DNA of 64,000 nucleotides from an uncultured Candidatus Binatia bacterium (GTDB taxonomy: Bacteria; Desulfobacterota; Binatia; Bin18): contig OZ241744.1 in NCBI GenBank assembly GCA_965200965.1, forward strand, positions 2,336,001-2,400,000, read 5' to 3'. This document shows, piece after piece, positions 38,148 to 48,012 of the stretch (position 1 is the stretch's first letter; the number at the start of each line of letters is the position of its first letter). A program made the translations under genes and the position numbers. The notes beneath the pieces were generated by a model. That model was given only the letters and a program-made list of their open reading frames with translations. It did no database searches and was not told the origin of the DNA.

Positions 38148-39231
38148 ACTCCTGAGCGAAGCCCGGCGGCTGATGACGATCTGCAATGCGTGTCGCTATT
38201 GCGAAGGGTTTTGCGCGGTCTTTCCGGCTATGGAGTTGCGCCGGACCTTCGCTTCCCAAGACCTGATCTATCTGGCCAACCTGTGCCACAACTGCCGGGG
38301 CTGTTACTACGCCTGCCAGTACGCGCCGCCGCACGAGTTCGGGGTCAATGTGCCCCGGACCTTCTCGGCCTTGCGGCTGGAGAGCTACCGGGACTTTGCC
38401 TGGCCGGCCGGCTTGGCCGGCCTGTTCCGGCGGAACGGCCTGGCCCTCAGCCTCATCACCCTGACCGGCGTCCTCCTCGTCGGCCTGCTGGTCCTGGTCT
38501 GGCAGGACCCCTCGGTCGTCTTCTCTCCCCACACCGGCCCCGGCGCTTTTTATGAGGTCATTCCCTACCGGCTGATGGTGGCCCCGGCCCTGGTCCTGAG
38601 CGGCTGCATCCTGCTGGCCTTCTGTATCGGCCTGGGCCGCTTCTGGCGCGCTATTGGCGGCGGCCGGGCCGACCTGCCAGCCCTGGCCCGGGGCGGCCGG
38701 GACGCCCTGCGGCTGACCTATCTGGGTGGCGGCGGCCACGGCTGCACCTACCCGGACGCGGCTTTCTCGCAGCGCAGAAAATGGTTGCACCACCTCACCT
38801 TCTACGGCTTTCTGCTCGACCTGGCCGCCACCAGCCTGGCCGCCGCCTACCACCACCTGTTGCACTGGCCGGCCCCCTACCCCTATCTGAGCCTGCCGGT
38901 TGTCCTGGGCACGCTTGGCGGGCTGGGTCTGCTGGTCGGACCCGCCGGCCTGCTGTGGCTCAAGTGGCGCAGCGACCCACGGCCCGCGGCTGAGAGCGTG
39001 TCCGGCATGGATGTCAGCTTCCTGGTCCTGCTGTTTCTGACCAGCCTGAGCGGCCTGGCGCTGCTTGCCCTGCGCGAGACCGCGGCAATGGGCAGCCTGC
39101 TGGCGGTCCATCTGGGGATTGTGGCCGGCCTGTTCCTCACCTTTCCGTATGGCAAGTTTGTCCATGCTTTCTATCGCTATGCGGCCCTGGTGCGCTACGC
39201 TCAGGAGCAGGCCGGCACGCCGGCTGACTGA
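38134..39231 (+). CDS. tcuB: Tricarballylate utilization 4Fe-4S membrane protein TcuB-like
   Basis: CNACRYCEGFC, CHNCRGCYYACQYAPPHEF, HHLTFYGF, PYGKFVH. Confidence 0.9.
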   Translation: MPSPELLSEARRLMTICNACRYCEGFCAVFPAMELRRTFASQDLIYLANLCHNCRGCYYACQYAPPHEFGVNVPRTFSALRLESYRDFAWPAGLAGLFRRNGLALSLITLTGVLLVGLLVLVWQDPSVVFSPHTGPGAFYEVIPYRLMVAPALVLSGCILLAFCIGLGRFWRAIGGGRADLPALARGGRDALRLTYLGGGGHGCTYPDAAFSQRRKWLHHLTFYGFLLDLAATSLAAAYHHLLHWPAPYPYLSLPVVLGTLGGLGLLVGPAGLLWLKWRSDPRPAAESVSGMDVSFLVLLFLTSLSGLALLALRETAAMGSLLAVHLGIVAGLFLTFPYGKFVHAFYRYAALVRYAQEQAGTPAD

Positions 39232-39289
39232 CAGCCGGCTCGACACACCATGCTGATTTCTATACCATCCCCGGCAGAAGAGACCCCCC

Positions 39290-41062
39290 GTGCCAGAAAT
39301 CGAAGCCAAGTTCCTTGTTCAAGACCCCCACCAGACCGGCCGCCTGCTGAGCGTTCTGCAAGAACTGGGCTACAGCGTTGAACTGCACGGGAACGCGACC
39401 ATTGTCGATCGGTATTTTGACACCCCTGACTGGTCGATATTTCGGGCCGGCTGGGGCTGTCGCCTGCGCGACAGCAACGGCGAGCAGACCCTGACGCTGA
39501 AAGGGCTGGGCTTGCGTGAGGGGGCCATTCAGGTCCGCGAAGAAATTGAACAACGGCTGCTCGTCTCCCATACCTTGAGGCATGAACGTGTCATCCGCTC
39601 GACCGGCCGGCGACCCGTTTACGCCTTGTCACAGGCGATCCCCTCCGGCCCGGTCCGCGACCGTCTCGCCGGCCTGGTCGGCAACCAGCAGACCCGGGAG
39701 TTGTTCATCGTCCGCAATCAGCGCAGCCTGTACCGGCTGACCAGCCCGGCCAAAGGGAATCGTGATACCACAGGAGATCGCCAGGAACTCACGCTTCCCC
39801 TTGCTGACCAGCCCGCCGGGGAGAACCCGGCGTCCACATTGATCGAACTCGCCCTTGACCAAGTCCATATCACCGGAGAAAAATACGCCAGGCTGGCCCC
39901 CGGCGCGTTGAGCTTCAGCGAGGTCGAGCTTGAGCTCAAGCACGGCCCCCAGGAACCGCTGCTGCAACTGGCCGAGCTGCTGCCCAGAAAAACCGCGCTC
40001 CTGCCGGCCCGGCTGAACAAGTTTCAGCGTGGCTTGCAAACCACCGGCCTGTCCATCCCGACCGGGCCGGCCCCAGCCCCACGGCAAGGCGTGAACGGGT
40101 CGCCTTCCTCTCGATCGGATGACACATTCACGCCTCTCAGCCCAACAGCCCCCTGGACCCGCCTGGCCTATGCCCATCTGGCCCGCCAGGCCCGGATTCT
40201 CACACTCCAGCAACCGCGCGCCTGGGAGGGTCTGGAGCCCGAGGGCGTCCACCAGATGCGGGTCGCCCTGCGCCATATCCGGGCCGCCCTGCGGGTCTTT
40301 CGGGCGGTATTGCCGCAGCGCGCGATCGCCCGCCTGAACGCCGAGTTTCGCTGGGCGGCGCGGGTGCTGGGCGAGGTCCGCGACCTTGACGTGTACCGCG
40401 AAAACCTCAAGCGCTATATGGCAGCCATTCCGGCCAACGACGCCGCCCACCTGGCCGAGTACGAACGCCACCTGGCCGAGGAGTGGAAGCGCAGCCGACG
40501 GCGGCTGATCGCCACCTTTCAGAGCCGCCGCTATACCCGGCTGATGGACCGCTTTGAAAAGTTTGTCCAGCGCGGCCCCTCGGCCGCGGCCCTGCGTCCG
40601 TCTGCCGTCGTGCGTATCTGCGACGCCGCGGCCCCGGCCGTAGACCGCAACCTCAAACGGCTGCTCAGAGGCGGCCGGGCCGTTGAAGCCCACTCGCCGG
40701 CCGAACTGCTGCACGCCTTGCGCATCCGGGGCAAACGCCTGCGCTATCTGCTGGAGTTTCTGCGCGATGTGTATAAACCGTTCGGCGATCCGCTGAAGAG
40801 ACCCATTGAGGCGACCAGGCAGCTCCAGGACGTGCTCGGCGAGCATCAGGACGCCTGCGTTGCCTCGGCCCGCCTGCGCAGCTATGCCCAGACCGTGCCC
40901 AAGCGCAAAACCGAACGCCACCTGCTGCTGGCTCTCGGCCAGCTCATCTACAGCCAGGATCAACACGCCGCGGCCCAGCACCAGCAGTTTGACAAGGTGT
41001 GGCGACGCTTCGAGAAAGCGGTCTCGCGCAAGCGGCTGGCAGCCCTCCTGCGGGCCGCCTGA
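39290..41062 (+). CDS. CYTH and CHAD domain protein
   Basis: EIEAKF, YFDTPD, EVELELK; VHQMRVALR, LGEVRDLDV, LHALRIRGKRLRY, LQDVLGEHQD. Confidence 0.9.
   Translation: MPEIEAKFLVQDPHQTGRLLSVLQELGYSVELHGNATIVDRYFDTPDWSIFRAGWGCRLRDSNGEQTLTLKGLGLREGAIQVREEIEQRLLVSHTLRHERVIRSTGRRPVYALSQAIPSGPVRDRLAGLVGNQQTRELFIVRNQRSLYRLTSPAKGNRDTTGDRQELTLPLADQPAGENPASTLIELALDQVHITGEKYARLAPGALSFSEVELELKHGPQEPLLQLAELLPRKTALLPARLNKFQRGLQTTGLSIPTGPAPAPRQGVNGSPSSRSDDTFTPLSPTAPWTRLAYAHLARQARILTLQQPRAWEGLEPEGVHQMRVALRHIRAALRVFRAVLPQRAIARLNAEFRWAARVLGEVRDLDVYRENLKRYMAAIPANDAAHLAEYERHLAEEWKRSRRRLIATFQSRRYTRLMDRFEKFVQRGPSAAALRPSAVVRICDAAAPAVDRNLKRLLRGGRAVEAHSPAELLHALRIRGKRLRYLLEFLRDVYKPFGDPLKRPIEATRQLQDVLGEHQDACVASARLRSYAQTVPKRKTERHLLLALGQLIYSQDQHAAAQHQQFDKVWRRFEKAVSRKRLAALLRAA
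39579..39625. repeat. 47-bp palindromic element, copy 2 (inside CYTH-CHAD)
   Basis: Read through as RHERVIRSTGRRPVYAL. Confidence 0.8.
40088..40134. repeat. 47-bp palindromic element, copy 3 (CYTH-CHAD linker)
   Basis: Read through as GVNGSPSSRSDDTFTP. Confidence 0.85.
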
Positions 41063-41119
41063 AGCGGAGTGGTCTGCCCGGTGATTTACGGGATTGAGGG
41101 GCCGCCTGGATGTTTCCAA

Positions 41120-41166
41120 GGCGTGAAGGTGTCATCAGAGCGAGAGGAAGGCGGCACGTTCACGCC
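41120..41166. repeat. 47-bp palindromic element, copy 4 (supplies the res stop codon)
   Basis: GGCGTGAAGGTGTCATC...GGCGGCACGTTCACGCC. Confidence 0.85.
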
Positions 41167-43793
41167 TCAACGCACTCCAGCAACTGCCGGCGCATGTCCT
41201 TCCCGTCAACGCTGCGCTCTACCAGGCTGAACAGCCCCCGGCCCGCGCTTGCGCGCTGCCACAGCTCGCCCACAGTCCGCTTCTCCGCGGTATCCGCCCC
41301 GTCGGCAAGATGCGCGCCCTTGTATTCGACAACCAGCAGCCTGCCGTCGTCCAGCCGGGCCACAAAGTCGGGGTAGAACCTGCCGGTCGCCGTTGGCAGC
41401 CAGAATGAAGCCGGGTGGCCGGCCACATTGCGAAGCCAGAACTGCACCCCCGGCAGGTGGTCAAGGACCTCGGCGCAGCGACGCTCCTCACCGTCGTCCG
41501 CGCCGTCAAAGGCCGGGACGTGGGCCGGGCCGAGAAAGTGCCGGGCCGGCTTCCAGGGTCCCCGGTAGCACCGCCGGTCCTGATACATGCCGGCCCGGAA
41601 TGCAAAGGTGTTGGCAAAGGACACTTCGGGCCTGGCCCCGGGCGACAGGAGATAGCGCTGATAGGCGCGTTCGCGTTCCTGACGGCGAATGGCGTTGAGC
41701 TTGTCACGGATCTTTCGCATCAGGATGAACTTGCAGCGCATGAGGGCGGCCACCGGGATGCCCCGCCCGACCGTCAGGTGATGGACGAGATCGGACAGCC
41801 ACCTGAGCAATTCGCCCTGCCCGATATCGGGCCCGCGCACCTGCCGGTCGAGCCACAGGACCAGCTTTTCCGGGGTCCAGCCGGCCACGGCAACATTCAG
41901 CCCGAGCTGCTCCTGCTCGCCGGCGAACTGATAGGTGACACGCTGGCCGTCAAGGTCAATCTCAAAGCTGCGGACCGTCTCCCGGACCGAAAATTCCGCC
42001 TCGCTCAGCCGTGGCGAATGCGCCAGCAGCGACCAGTCGTGGAACTCCATGAACACGTCGCTGTCGGCACCCTCAAACCCGCCCTGCATATCGACCATGA
42101 GCCGCGGCACCTCAAACGGCTCGCCCCGCTCCGCGGGCGACAGCCGGTCGTTCATCTGCTGGCGATGCCACGCAAAGGAGTCGGCAAGCTGCCGGCCCTC
42201 GGCCTCCGGCAGGGCCGCGCACACGGCCCGCTCCAGGCCGGCGTCTACCGGGCCGACAATCTCCAGCGCAAGCCGGCCGCCGCCGAGCTTGCGCACGGTC
42301 AGCGCGTGCTCCGCCTGCTCCGCCTGCGCCAGGGCGGCCACCAGCGCGGGCGTGGCCGGCAGCGTCTGCCGGAAGGTCGGCCCGGGGTTCTCGTGCCGGC
42401 TGAACAGCACGCCCGGTTCTTCCTGCAGCGGCTCAATGCTGTCGTGCGCCTCGTCCTCCTCAAAACCCATCGCCACCAGCCTGTCGGCCAGCGCCCGGGC
42501 CGCCTCGCCGGCGGACGGCTCGGACAGACAGGCGTAGGCCCGGTTCAGCTCGGCGACAGGCCGGCGGCTGGCAAACGGCATCCGCAGCACCCGGCCCAGC
42601 AACTGTTCAACATCGGTGGCGCTGTGAATGCGCGAGACCGAGCAGAACACATAGGCAAAGGAACAGTCCCAGCCCTCTTTGAGCGCCTCGACGGTGATGA
42701 TGTACTCAATCGGACAGCGCCGATCAAACAGGTCAAGGCCGTCGAGTTCGCGCTGTTCGCCGGTCGCCACCGCAATCGCGCTGGCCGGGATATGCTCAAC
42801 CCCGGTCAGATGCGCCTTCAACACCCGGGCCGTGACTTCCCCGCTCTTCTTCTGGGCCTGAAACAGAACGATGGGCCGGACGTAGTCGGCGTCACGGCCG
42901 GCCGCCTCGGCCAGCGCGGCCCGCCTGGCAATCGCCGCGTTGACCGCGTTCTGCCAGTTGTCATGCTCGGACAGCATGATCGGCAGCGTGATCATGTCCG
43001 CAGCCTTCAACTCCTGGGCGGTGACGCTGTACAGAATGTTTGACTTGGGCCGGGGCGTTGCCGTGAACTCAATAATGGCGCTCGGATTGACCCGGGCCTG
43101 CATATCGCGGGTCAGTCCTGTCACCGCGTTGTGCGCCTCGTCCACGATCATCAGCGGGCGGTGGAGGTACAGCAGGTTGGCAAACGAAAACCTGAGCCGG
43201 CCGCTGTCCAGCCGCTCCAGGCCCGGCAGGTCGTCGGGCAGCGTTGAGAAGTGCGGCTCCAGGTGCTCATTGTGGGCGTAGACCTTGCGCCCCTCGGTAC
43301 TCTTGACCCGCAGCGTCTGGATCGTGCCGACCACCAGGCAGCAGTGGTCGCGCAGCTCGGGCGGGCGAATCTGGGCAAAGTCGGCAATATCGAACACCCG
43401 CACCCGGCCGCCAAAGGCCGCGTCCAGGGCTTGGCGGCAGGGGTGACGGGGGTTCCTGAGGGCTTCGACGGTCTGCGAGCGGATGGTGTTGGACGGGACC
43501 AGCCACAGGACGGCCGGATGGTCTTTTTCAATCCAGGCGTCACGCGCTACCGCAACCGCGTGGGCGGCCAGGAGGGTCTTGCCCCCGCCGGTCGGCAGCC
43601 GCAGGCAGACAGAGGGCACCTCCGGCAGCCCGTCCAGCGGCGCATACGCCCCGGCGTAGCGGCCCAGCCGCCCGGCCAGCTCGGGTTCGCGGGTCAGGGT
43701 CGCATAGGCGGTCTGCGGCCCGGCGATGCGCGCCGTCTCAAAGAAGCGGCGCAGCGTAGACAGGGTATCGGTCTGATAGGGCTTGAGTTGCAT
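41160..43793 (-). CDS. res: Type III restriction endonuclease Res subunit
   Basis: MQLKPYQ, LPTGGGKT, DEAHN, EFTATP, LKEGWD, QLLGRVLR, FYPDFV...VEYKG. Confidence 0.9.
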   Translation of the reverse strand: MQLKPYQTDTLSTLRRFFETARIAGPQTAYATLTREPELAGRLGRYAGAYAPLDGLPEVPSVCLRLPTGGGKTLLAAHAVAVARDAWIEKDHPAVLWLVPSNTIRSQTVEALRNPRHPCRQALDAAFGGRVRVFDIADFAQIRPPELRDHCCLVVGTIQTLRVKSTEGRKVYAHNEHLEPHFSTLPDDLPGLERLDSGRLRFSFANLLYLHRPLMIVDEAHNAVTGLTRDMQARVNPSAIIEFTATPRPKSNILYSVTAQELKAADMITLPIMLSEHDNWQNAVNAAIARRAALAEAAGRDADYVRPIVLFQAQKKSGEVTARVLKAHLTGVEHIPASAIAVATGEQRELDGLDLFDRRCPIEYIITVEALKEGWDCSFAYVFCSVSRIHSATDVEQLLGRVLRMPFASRRPVAELNRAYACLSEPSAGEAARALADRLVAMGFEEDEAHDSIEPLQEEPGVLFSRHENPGPTFRQTLPATPALVAALAQAEQAEHALTVRKLGGGRLALEIVGPVDAGLERAVCAALPEAEGRQLADSFAWHRQQMNDRLSPAERGEPFEVPRLMVDMQGGFEGADSDVFMEFHDWSLLAHSPRLSEAEFSVRETVRSFEIDLDGQRVTYQFAGEQEQLGLNVAVAGWTPEKLVLWLDRQVRGPDIGQGELLRWLSDLVHHLTVGRGIPVAALMRCKFILMRKIRDKLNAIRRQERERAYQRYLLSPGARPEVSFANTFAFRAGMYQDRRCYRGPWKPARHFLGPAHVPAFDGADDGEERRCAEVLDHLPGVQFWLRNVAGHPASFWLPTATGRFYPDFVARLDDGRLLVVEYKGAHLADGADTAEKRTVGELWQRASAGRGLFSLVERSVDGKDMRRQLLECVEA

Positions 43794-43839
43794 GGGAGTC
43801 GTTCGGATGACGTGTGTCGTGCTGCTCGTGGGAGGGCTG

Positions 43840-44226
43840 TCAGCCCTCCCCCTGGCGCGGCGCGGTGCGTTCAATCAAGGTCCGCAGGGCTTCCCCCTGC
43901 TGGTGGAGGGCTTCCCCCTGCTGGTGGAGGGCTTCCCCCTGCTGGCGGAGAGTTTCCCCTTGCTGGCGCAGGGCTTCCCCCTGCTGGCGGAAAGCTTCCC
44001 CTTGCTGGCGCAGGGCTTCCTCCTGCTGGCTCAGGGCTCCGCTCTGCTGGCGCAGGACTTCCATTGTCTCGGCGTGCTGTTGCCGCGCTTCGGCATGACG
44101 CTCGGCGTGTTCGGTCGCGCGCCGGCGGCTCTCGTTGCGTATGAGCAGCAAGCCGCCTCCCAGCACAAGGATCTGCCCCAGCCCCACAAGGCCCGCAACC
44201 ACCACTCCAGCAGCTTCCCAATTCAT
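43840..44226 (-). CDS. Small TM and heptad-repeat coiled-coil protein
   Basis: N-terminal TM; 8 x 21-bp repeats at 43885-44052 encoding (R/H)QQGEAL. Confidence 0.75.
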   Translation of the reverse strand: MNWEAAGVVVAGLVGLGQILVLGGGLLLIRNESRRRATEHAERHAEARQQHAETMEVLRQQSGALSQQEEALRQQGEAFRQQGEALRQQGETLRQQGEALHQQGEALHQQGEALRTLIERTAPRQGEG

Positions 44227-44245
44227 ACGCCTGTCCTTCAGAGGG

Positions 44246-44307
44246 GCAGGTCAGCTTAGCAGGATGTCGATTACGCTCCGCTCATCCGACCTGCTCATCC
44301 GACCTGC
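44246..44307. repeat. Degenerate REP-like inverted repeat containing a 13-bp tandem duplication
   Basis: GCAGGTCAGCTTAGC...(GCTCATCCGACCT)x2 GC; the minus strand resembles GTAG-type REPs. Confidence 0.5.
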
Positions 44308-44310
44308 GAT

Positions 44311-45867
44311 TCATCCCCGCGCCCGCACATCATACGGCAACTGTTTGAACACCACCTGCTCCCGCGCCAGCGTGGCCGCGGCCAGGCGCGACTGCTCGCC
44401 GTAGACCGTCAGCGGACAGGCGGGATGCGCCGGCGCAAAGCCCGGATGGGCCGCGGCGAGCTGCTCACGAATCAGCCCCAGCGTGGCCCGCGTCAGCACA
44501 TTGCCGCCGGCCGGCCGCCGGTCGCCCAGAATGCCGTTGTACAGCAGGGCGTAGGCGTGGCCGTCGTGCAGGCCGAGAAGAGGCGGGTGCGCATTCCCCG
44601 GCCAGGGCCGCTCAGTCTCGCTGAACCACACATGGGCGGCCAGGGTCGAAAACCCTATCTCCGCGTTGATACGCCCCGCAGCGTCAAACACCGCCGGCCC
44701 CAGCCGGAAGCAGCGGAAGCCGCCCCCGCCCTCCCAGCCGACCGCCTTGGAGATGCCGCCCTGCTCGCCGGCCATGACCTTGCCGAGCCGGGGCACGCAG
44801 TGCGTCACCGCGTGCTCGCCCATCTCAATGCCGATCCAGCGTCTGCCCATCTTGTGGGCCACCGCCGCGGTCGTGCCCGAGCCGAGAAACGAGTCAAGCA
44901 CCAGCTCGCCGGGCCTGGTGGCAATGTGCAGCACCCGGTGAATGAGGCGTTCGGGCTTCGGCGTCTCGAACACTGCCGACTTCCCGAATAAGTCAATGAT
45001 TTCCCGTTTCGCCTCTTGCGTATTACCAGTCTCTTCATTTGACCACCACGTCCAGGATTGCCTCCCCTTGGCCTCCGAGAGGTAATTCTTCCTGCGTGGT
45101 ACGCCTTTTCCGTCCTTACCGAACCAGAATCGCCCTTCCTCAACCTGCTTCAAAAAAACACTTTCCACATTCTTCCAGCACGATCCTTCCGGCGGATAGT
45201 ATGCGACACCCCCCGGAGTGACGATTTTGTACATTTGATTCGGCCTGTACCCCTGTGCGCTGAAGTCCCGCGAAACCCACGCACCACGGGGATCATGATC
45301 CGGGTTTTTGTATTCCTCCCTCTGGCGTTGGCTCAGCGGAAGCAGATTGGCGTTTTCACGGAATGCTTCTGCGTTTCTGGAATAGACAAGCACAGCGTCG
45401 TGTCCATCGCCAAGAGCCACGCGAAAATCGGGGGAAGTTCTCTTCTGCCAGACGACATTTGCAATAAAGTTCTTGCGCCCGAACACCTCATCCATGATGA
45501 CCTTGAGATAATGCCCCTCGTTGTCGTCAATGGAGACCCAGATGGACCCGTCTTCGGTCAGCAGTTCGCGCAGGAGTTCGAGCCGCGGCCACATCATCGC
45601 CAGCCATTGGGTATGTTCGAGATTGTCGTCATAGTGTACAAAGGCCGAGCGGGTGTTGTACGGCGGGTCAATGCAGATACACTTCACCCGCCCGGCGTAG
45701 AACGGCAGCAGGGCCTTGAGCGCGTCCAGATTATCGCCCTGAATCAGCAGGTTGCCGGCCTCCGGGTCGCCGGCCGACAGCGCCGGCACTTCCTCCAGCA
45801 GCCGATACGGCACACGGCCGGCGGCGCGCACATCTTCGTCCCGGGTCAGCCAGTGCAGGGTCGGCAT
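44311..45867 (-). CDS. mod: Type III R-M modification methylase (N6-adenine)
   Basis: IQGDNL, IDPPYNT, SIDDNE, TPKPERL, DSFLGSGTT. Confidence 0.92.
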   Translation of the reverse strand: MPTLHWLTRDEDVRAAGRVPYRLLEEVPALSAGDPEAGNLLIQGDNLDALKALLPFYAGRVKCICIDPPYNTRSAFVHYDDNLEHTQWLAMMWPRLELLRELLTEDGSIWVSIDDNEGHYLKVIMDEVFGRKNFIANVVWQKRTSPDFRVALGDGHDAVLVYSRNAEAFRENANLLPLSQRQREEYKNPDHDPRGAWVSRDFSAQGYRPNQMYKIVTPGGVAYYPPEGSCWKNVESVFLKQVEEGRFWFGKDGKGVPRRKNYLSEAKGRQSWTWWSNEETGNTQEAKREIIDLFGKSAVFETPKPERLIHRVLHIATRPGELVLDSFLGSGTTAAVAHKMGRRWIGIEMGEHAVTHCVPRLGKVMAGEQGGISKAVGWEGGGGFRCFRLGPAVFDAAGRINAEIGFSTLAAHVWFSETERPWPGNAHPPLLGLHDGHAYALLYNGILGDRRPAGGNVLTRATLGLIREQLAAAHPGFAPAHPACPLTVYGEQSRLAAATLAREQVVFKQLPYDVRARG

Positions 45868-45868
45868 G

Positions 45869-46513
45869 TCAGAGCAGCTTGACCAGGGCCACAGTCAGAC
45901 CGACAATCGCCGCCGCCTGCGCCCACAGCACCCGATACATCTCGGCCCGCAGGTCCGCGATGGCGGCCTTCGTCGAGTTTTGCGACTCCACCATCTGCGC
46001 TTTCAGGTCCGCAAGCTCCGCTGTCGTCGTCTCGCGCAACTCCCCGATCCCGGCCCGCAACGCCGCAATGTCGGCCTTCGTCGTCTCGCGCAACTCCCCG
46101 ATCCCGGCCCGCAACGCCGCAATGTCGGCCTTCGTCATGTCGCGCAACTCCGCAAGCTCGGCCTTCAACTCGGCCCGCAACGCCGCAATGTCGGCCTTCG
46201 TCGTCTCGCGCAACTCCCCGATCCCGGTCTTCAACTCGGCCCGCAACGCCGCAATGTCGGCCTTCGTCGTCTCGCGCAACTCCCCGATCCCGGTCTTCAA
46301 CTCGGCCCGCAACGCCGCAATGTCGACCTTTGTCGTGTCGCGCAACTCCCCGATGTCCGCTTTCGTCGTAGCCTGCGACTCCACGATGTCCGTCTTGGTC
46401 GCTACACCTTCGGTGACGGCACTACGCAGCACGCCAACGACCGCCGCGGCCTGGGTTTCATCCATCCCCGCCTCGGTCAGTTGGCGGGCAGCGATCAGGG
46501 TATCGAAGAGCAT
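45869..46513 (-). CDS. CCDC90/DUF1640-like head, coiled-coil stalk and membrane-anchor protein
   Basis: FDTL..ARQLTEAGM...QAAAVV head, ATKTDI neck, 54/66-bp repeats with TTKADIAALRA, C-terminal TM. Confidence 0.8.
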   Translation of the reverse strand: MLFDTLIAARQLTEAGMDETQAAAVVGVLRSAVTEGVATKTDIVESQATTKADIGELRDTTKVDIAALRAELKTGIGELRETTKADIAALRAELKTGIGELRETTKADIAALRAELKAELAELRDMTKADIAALRAGIGELRETTKADIAALRAGIGELRETTTAELADLKAQMVESQNSTKAAIADLRAEMYRVLWAQAAAIVGLTVALVKLL

Positions 46514-46594
46514 GGTCGTCTCCCCTCATGGTGTCTGGTGAGCCAGATTATAGGCTATTGAGTCCGGCGGGGCGACTCAGGGCAGCCGCAGGTA

Positions 46595-47980
46595 TCAATC
46601 GGCCTCCGCCTTCGGGACCTCCGACATGGCTTGCTTGTATTCAGCGATCCATTGTTCAGCCTCTTCCGCGGTGTAGGCTCCGGTCTCGGCTCCGGCTGGT
46701 GGTTCGTGACTTGGCGGCTTGCCAAGGTGTGGCGTCAATGGCTCTCGCAACTCCTGTGCTCGTTTACCGGACAAGCCTTTGACAAGGGAGTCAATGTCTT
46801 CTTGACTCAGCCCGCCCGCAAAAGTTACCCTCGAGAGGTCGCTTTCTTTACCAATCCAGTTTCTTATTCTTTCTTCAAAGGGTTTCCCAGACAGATATTC
46901 GCTCGTAGCCCCTTGCAACCGTGCGTCCCTAAGAACAACTCCTTGTAACTGCGCGTCCAAAAGATTAGCCCCTTGTAACCGCGCGCCCAAAAGATTAGCC
47001 CCTTGTAACTGCGCGCCCCAAAGATCAGCCCCTTGCAACTGCGCGCCCAAAAGATCAGCCCCTTGCAACTGCGCGTCCAAAAGATTAGCCCCTTGTAACC
47101 GCGCGCCCCAAAGATTAGCCCCTTGTAACTGCGCACCCCTAAGATCAGCCCCTTGCAACTGCGCACCCCTAAGATCAGCCCCTTGCAACTGCGCGCCCCA
47201 AAGAACAGCCCTTTGTAACTGCGCGCCTAAAAGAACAGCCCTTTGTAACCGCGCGCCCCAAAGATTAGCCCCTTGCAACTGCGCGCCCCTAAGAACAGCC
47301 CCTTGCAGTCGTGCCCGGCTTAAGTCGGCCCTTGCTAAACGCGCTAGAGTGAGAGAAGCCCCATTCAGCCAACTTCCTTGCAGATTGGTATGGCAATTTT
47401 TGAAAACCTCGTGCTCCTGCACAAACAGCAAAGTCAGCATACTTTGGACTTCTTCCGAAGGTTCCACCTCGTGCTTTTTTCTGTATTCGTCCCCGCCCGT
47501 CGTCTGCCGGATGTGGGCACAGAGAATTTCAAGCACGGTCTGACATAGCTCCGGGGTGTCTTGCGCCAGATGGAAAAGCTCATAGGCCCCGCCCAGACGC
47601 ACAGAGTCCTTTTCGTTTCCCAGATGCTCAATGGCGTTTTTCAGGCGCTCTTGTCGCTGGCCCTGCTCGGTGTTCAACACGGCGTCTTCCATCGCCTTGG
47701 CCCGCCGGTAGGACATCAGGGCTTGCAGGGCAACCAGCACCCCGCCCATGCCAAAGCCGAGAAACCTCAGGGCCTGATACTTCCTTGATGGACCGCCTTC
47801 CGCTTCCCTTATTCCCAAAAGGCTGAAAATCGACTCTGAGCACACATCAAACGCAACAGCCACGAAAAGGCCGGCCAACACCAGACCAACACAGAAAAGC
47901 AGACCGACAAGAAGACTCTGAAAAGGCTGAGCCTTGATTTTTTTCCAGAGGTTTTGGCACACGGTTGCAAACTTAGTCAT
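46595..47980 (-). CDS. Membrane-anchored pentapeptide-repeat protein
   Basis: Two TM segments, ERLKNAIEHLG...VRLGGAYEL, 13 x 30-bp repeats at 46911-47300. Confidence 0.88.
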   Translation of the reverse strand: MTKFATVCQNLWKKIKAQPFQSLLVGLLFCVGLVLAGLFVAVAFDVCSESIFSLLGIREAEGGPSRKYQALRFLGFGMGGVLVALQALMSYRRAKAMEDAVLNTEQGQRQERLKNAIEHLGNEKDSVRLGGAYELFHLAQDTPELCQTVLEILCAHIRQTTGGDEYRKKHEVEPSEEVQSMLTLLFVQEHEVFKNCHTNLQGSWLNGASLTLARLARADLSRARLQGAVLRGAQLQGANLWGARLQRAVLLGAQLQRAVLWGAQLQGADLRGAQLQGADLRGAQLQGANLWGARLQGANLLDAQLQGADLLGAQLQGADLWGAQLQGANLLGARLQGANLLDAQLQGVVLRDARLQGATSEYLSGKPFEERIRNWIGKESDLSRVTFAGGLSQEDIDSLVKGLSGKRAQELREPLTPHLGKPPSHEPPAGAETGAYTAEEAEQWIAEYKQAMSEVPKAEAD

Positions 47981-48012
47981 AGCGGCATCCTTTCTGCCCC
48001 AGCACTCCGACC

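Noticed and set aside
39629-44144. ORFs 39629-41119 (-), 41415-43043 (+) and 43251-44144 (+)
   Set aside because: Antisense to CYTH-CHAD, res and the heptad gene.
46911-47300. 30-bp periodic repeats considered as CRISPR
   Set aside because: Contiguous with no spacers; they encode pentapeptide repeats in frame.
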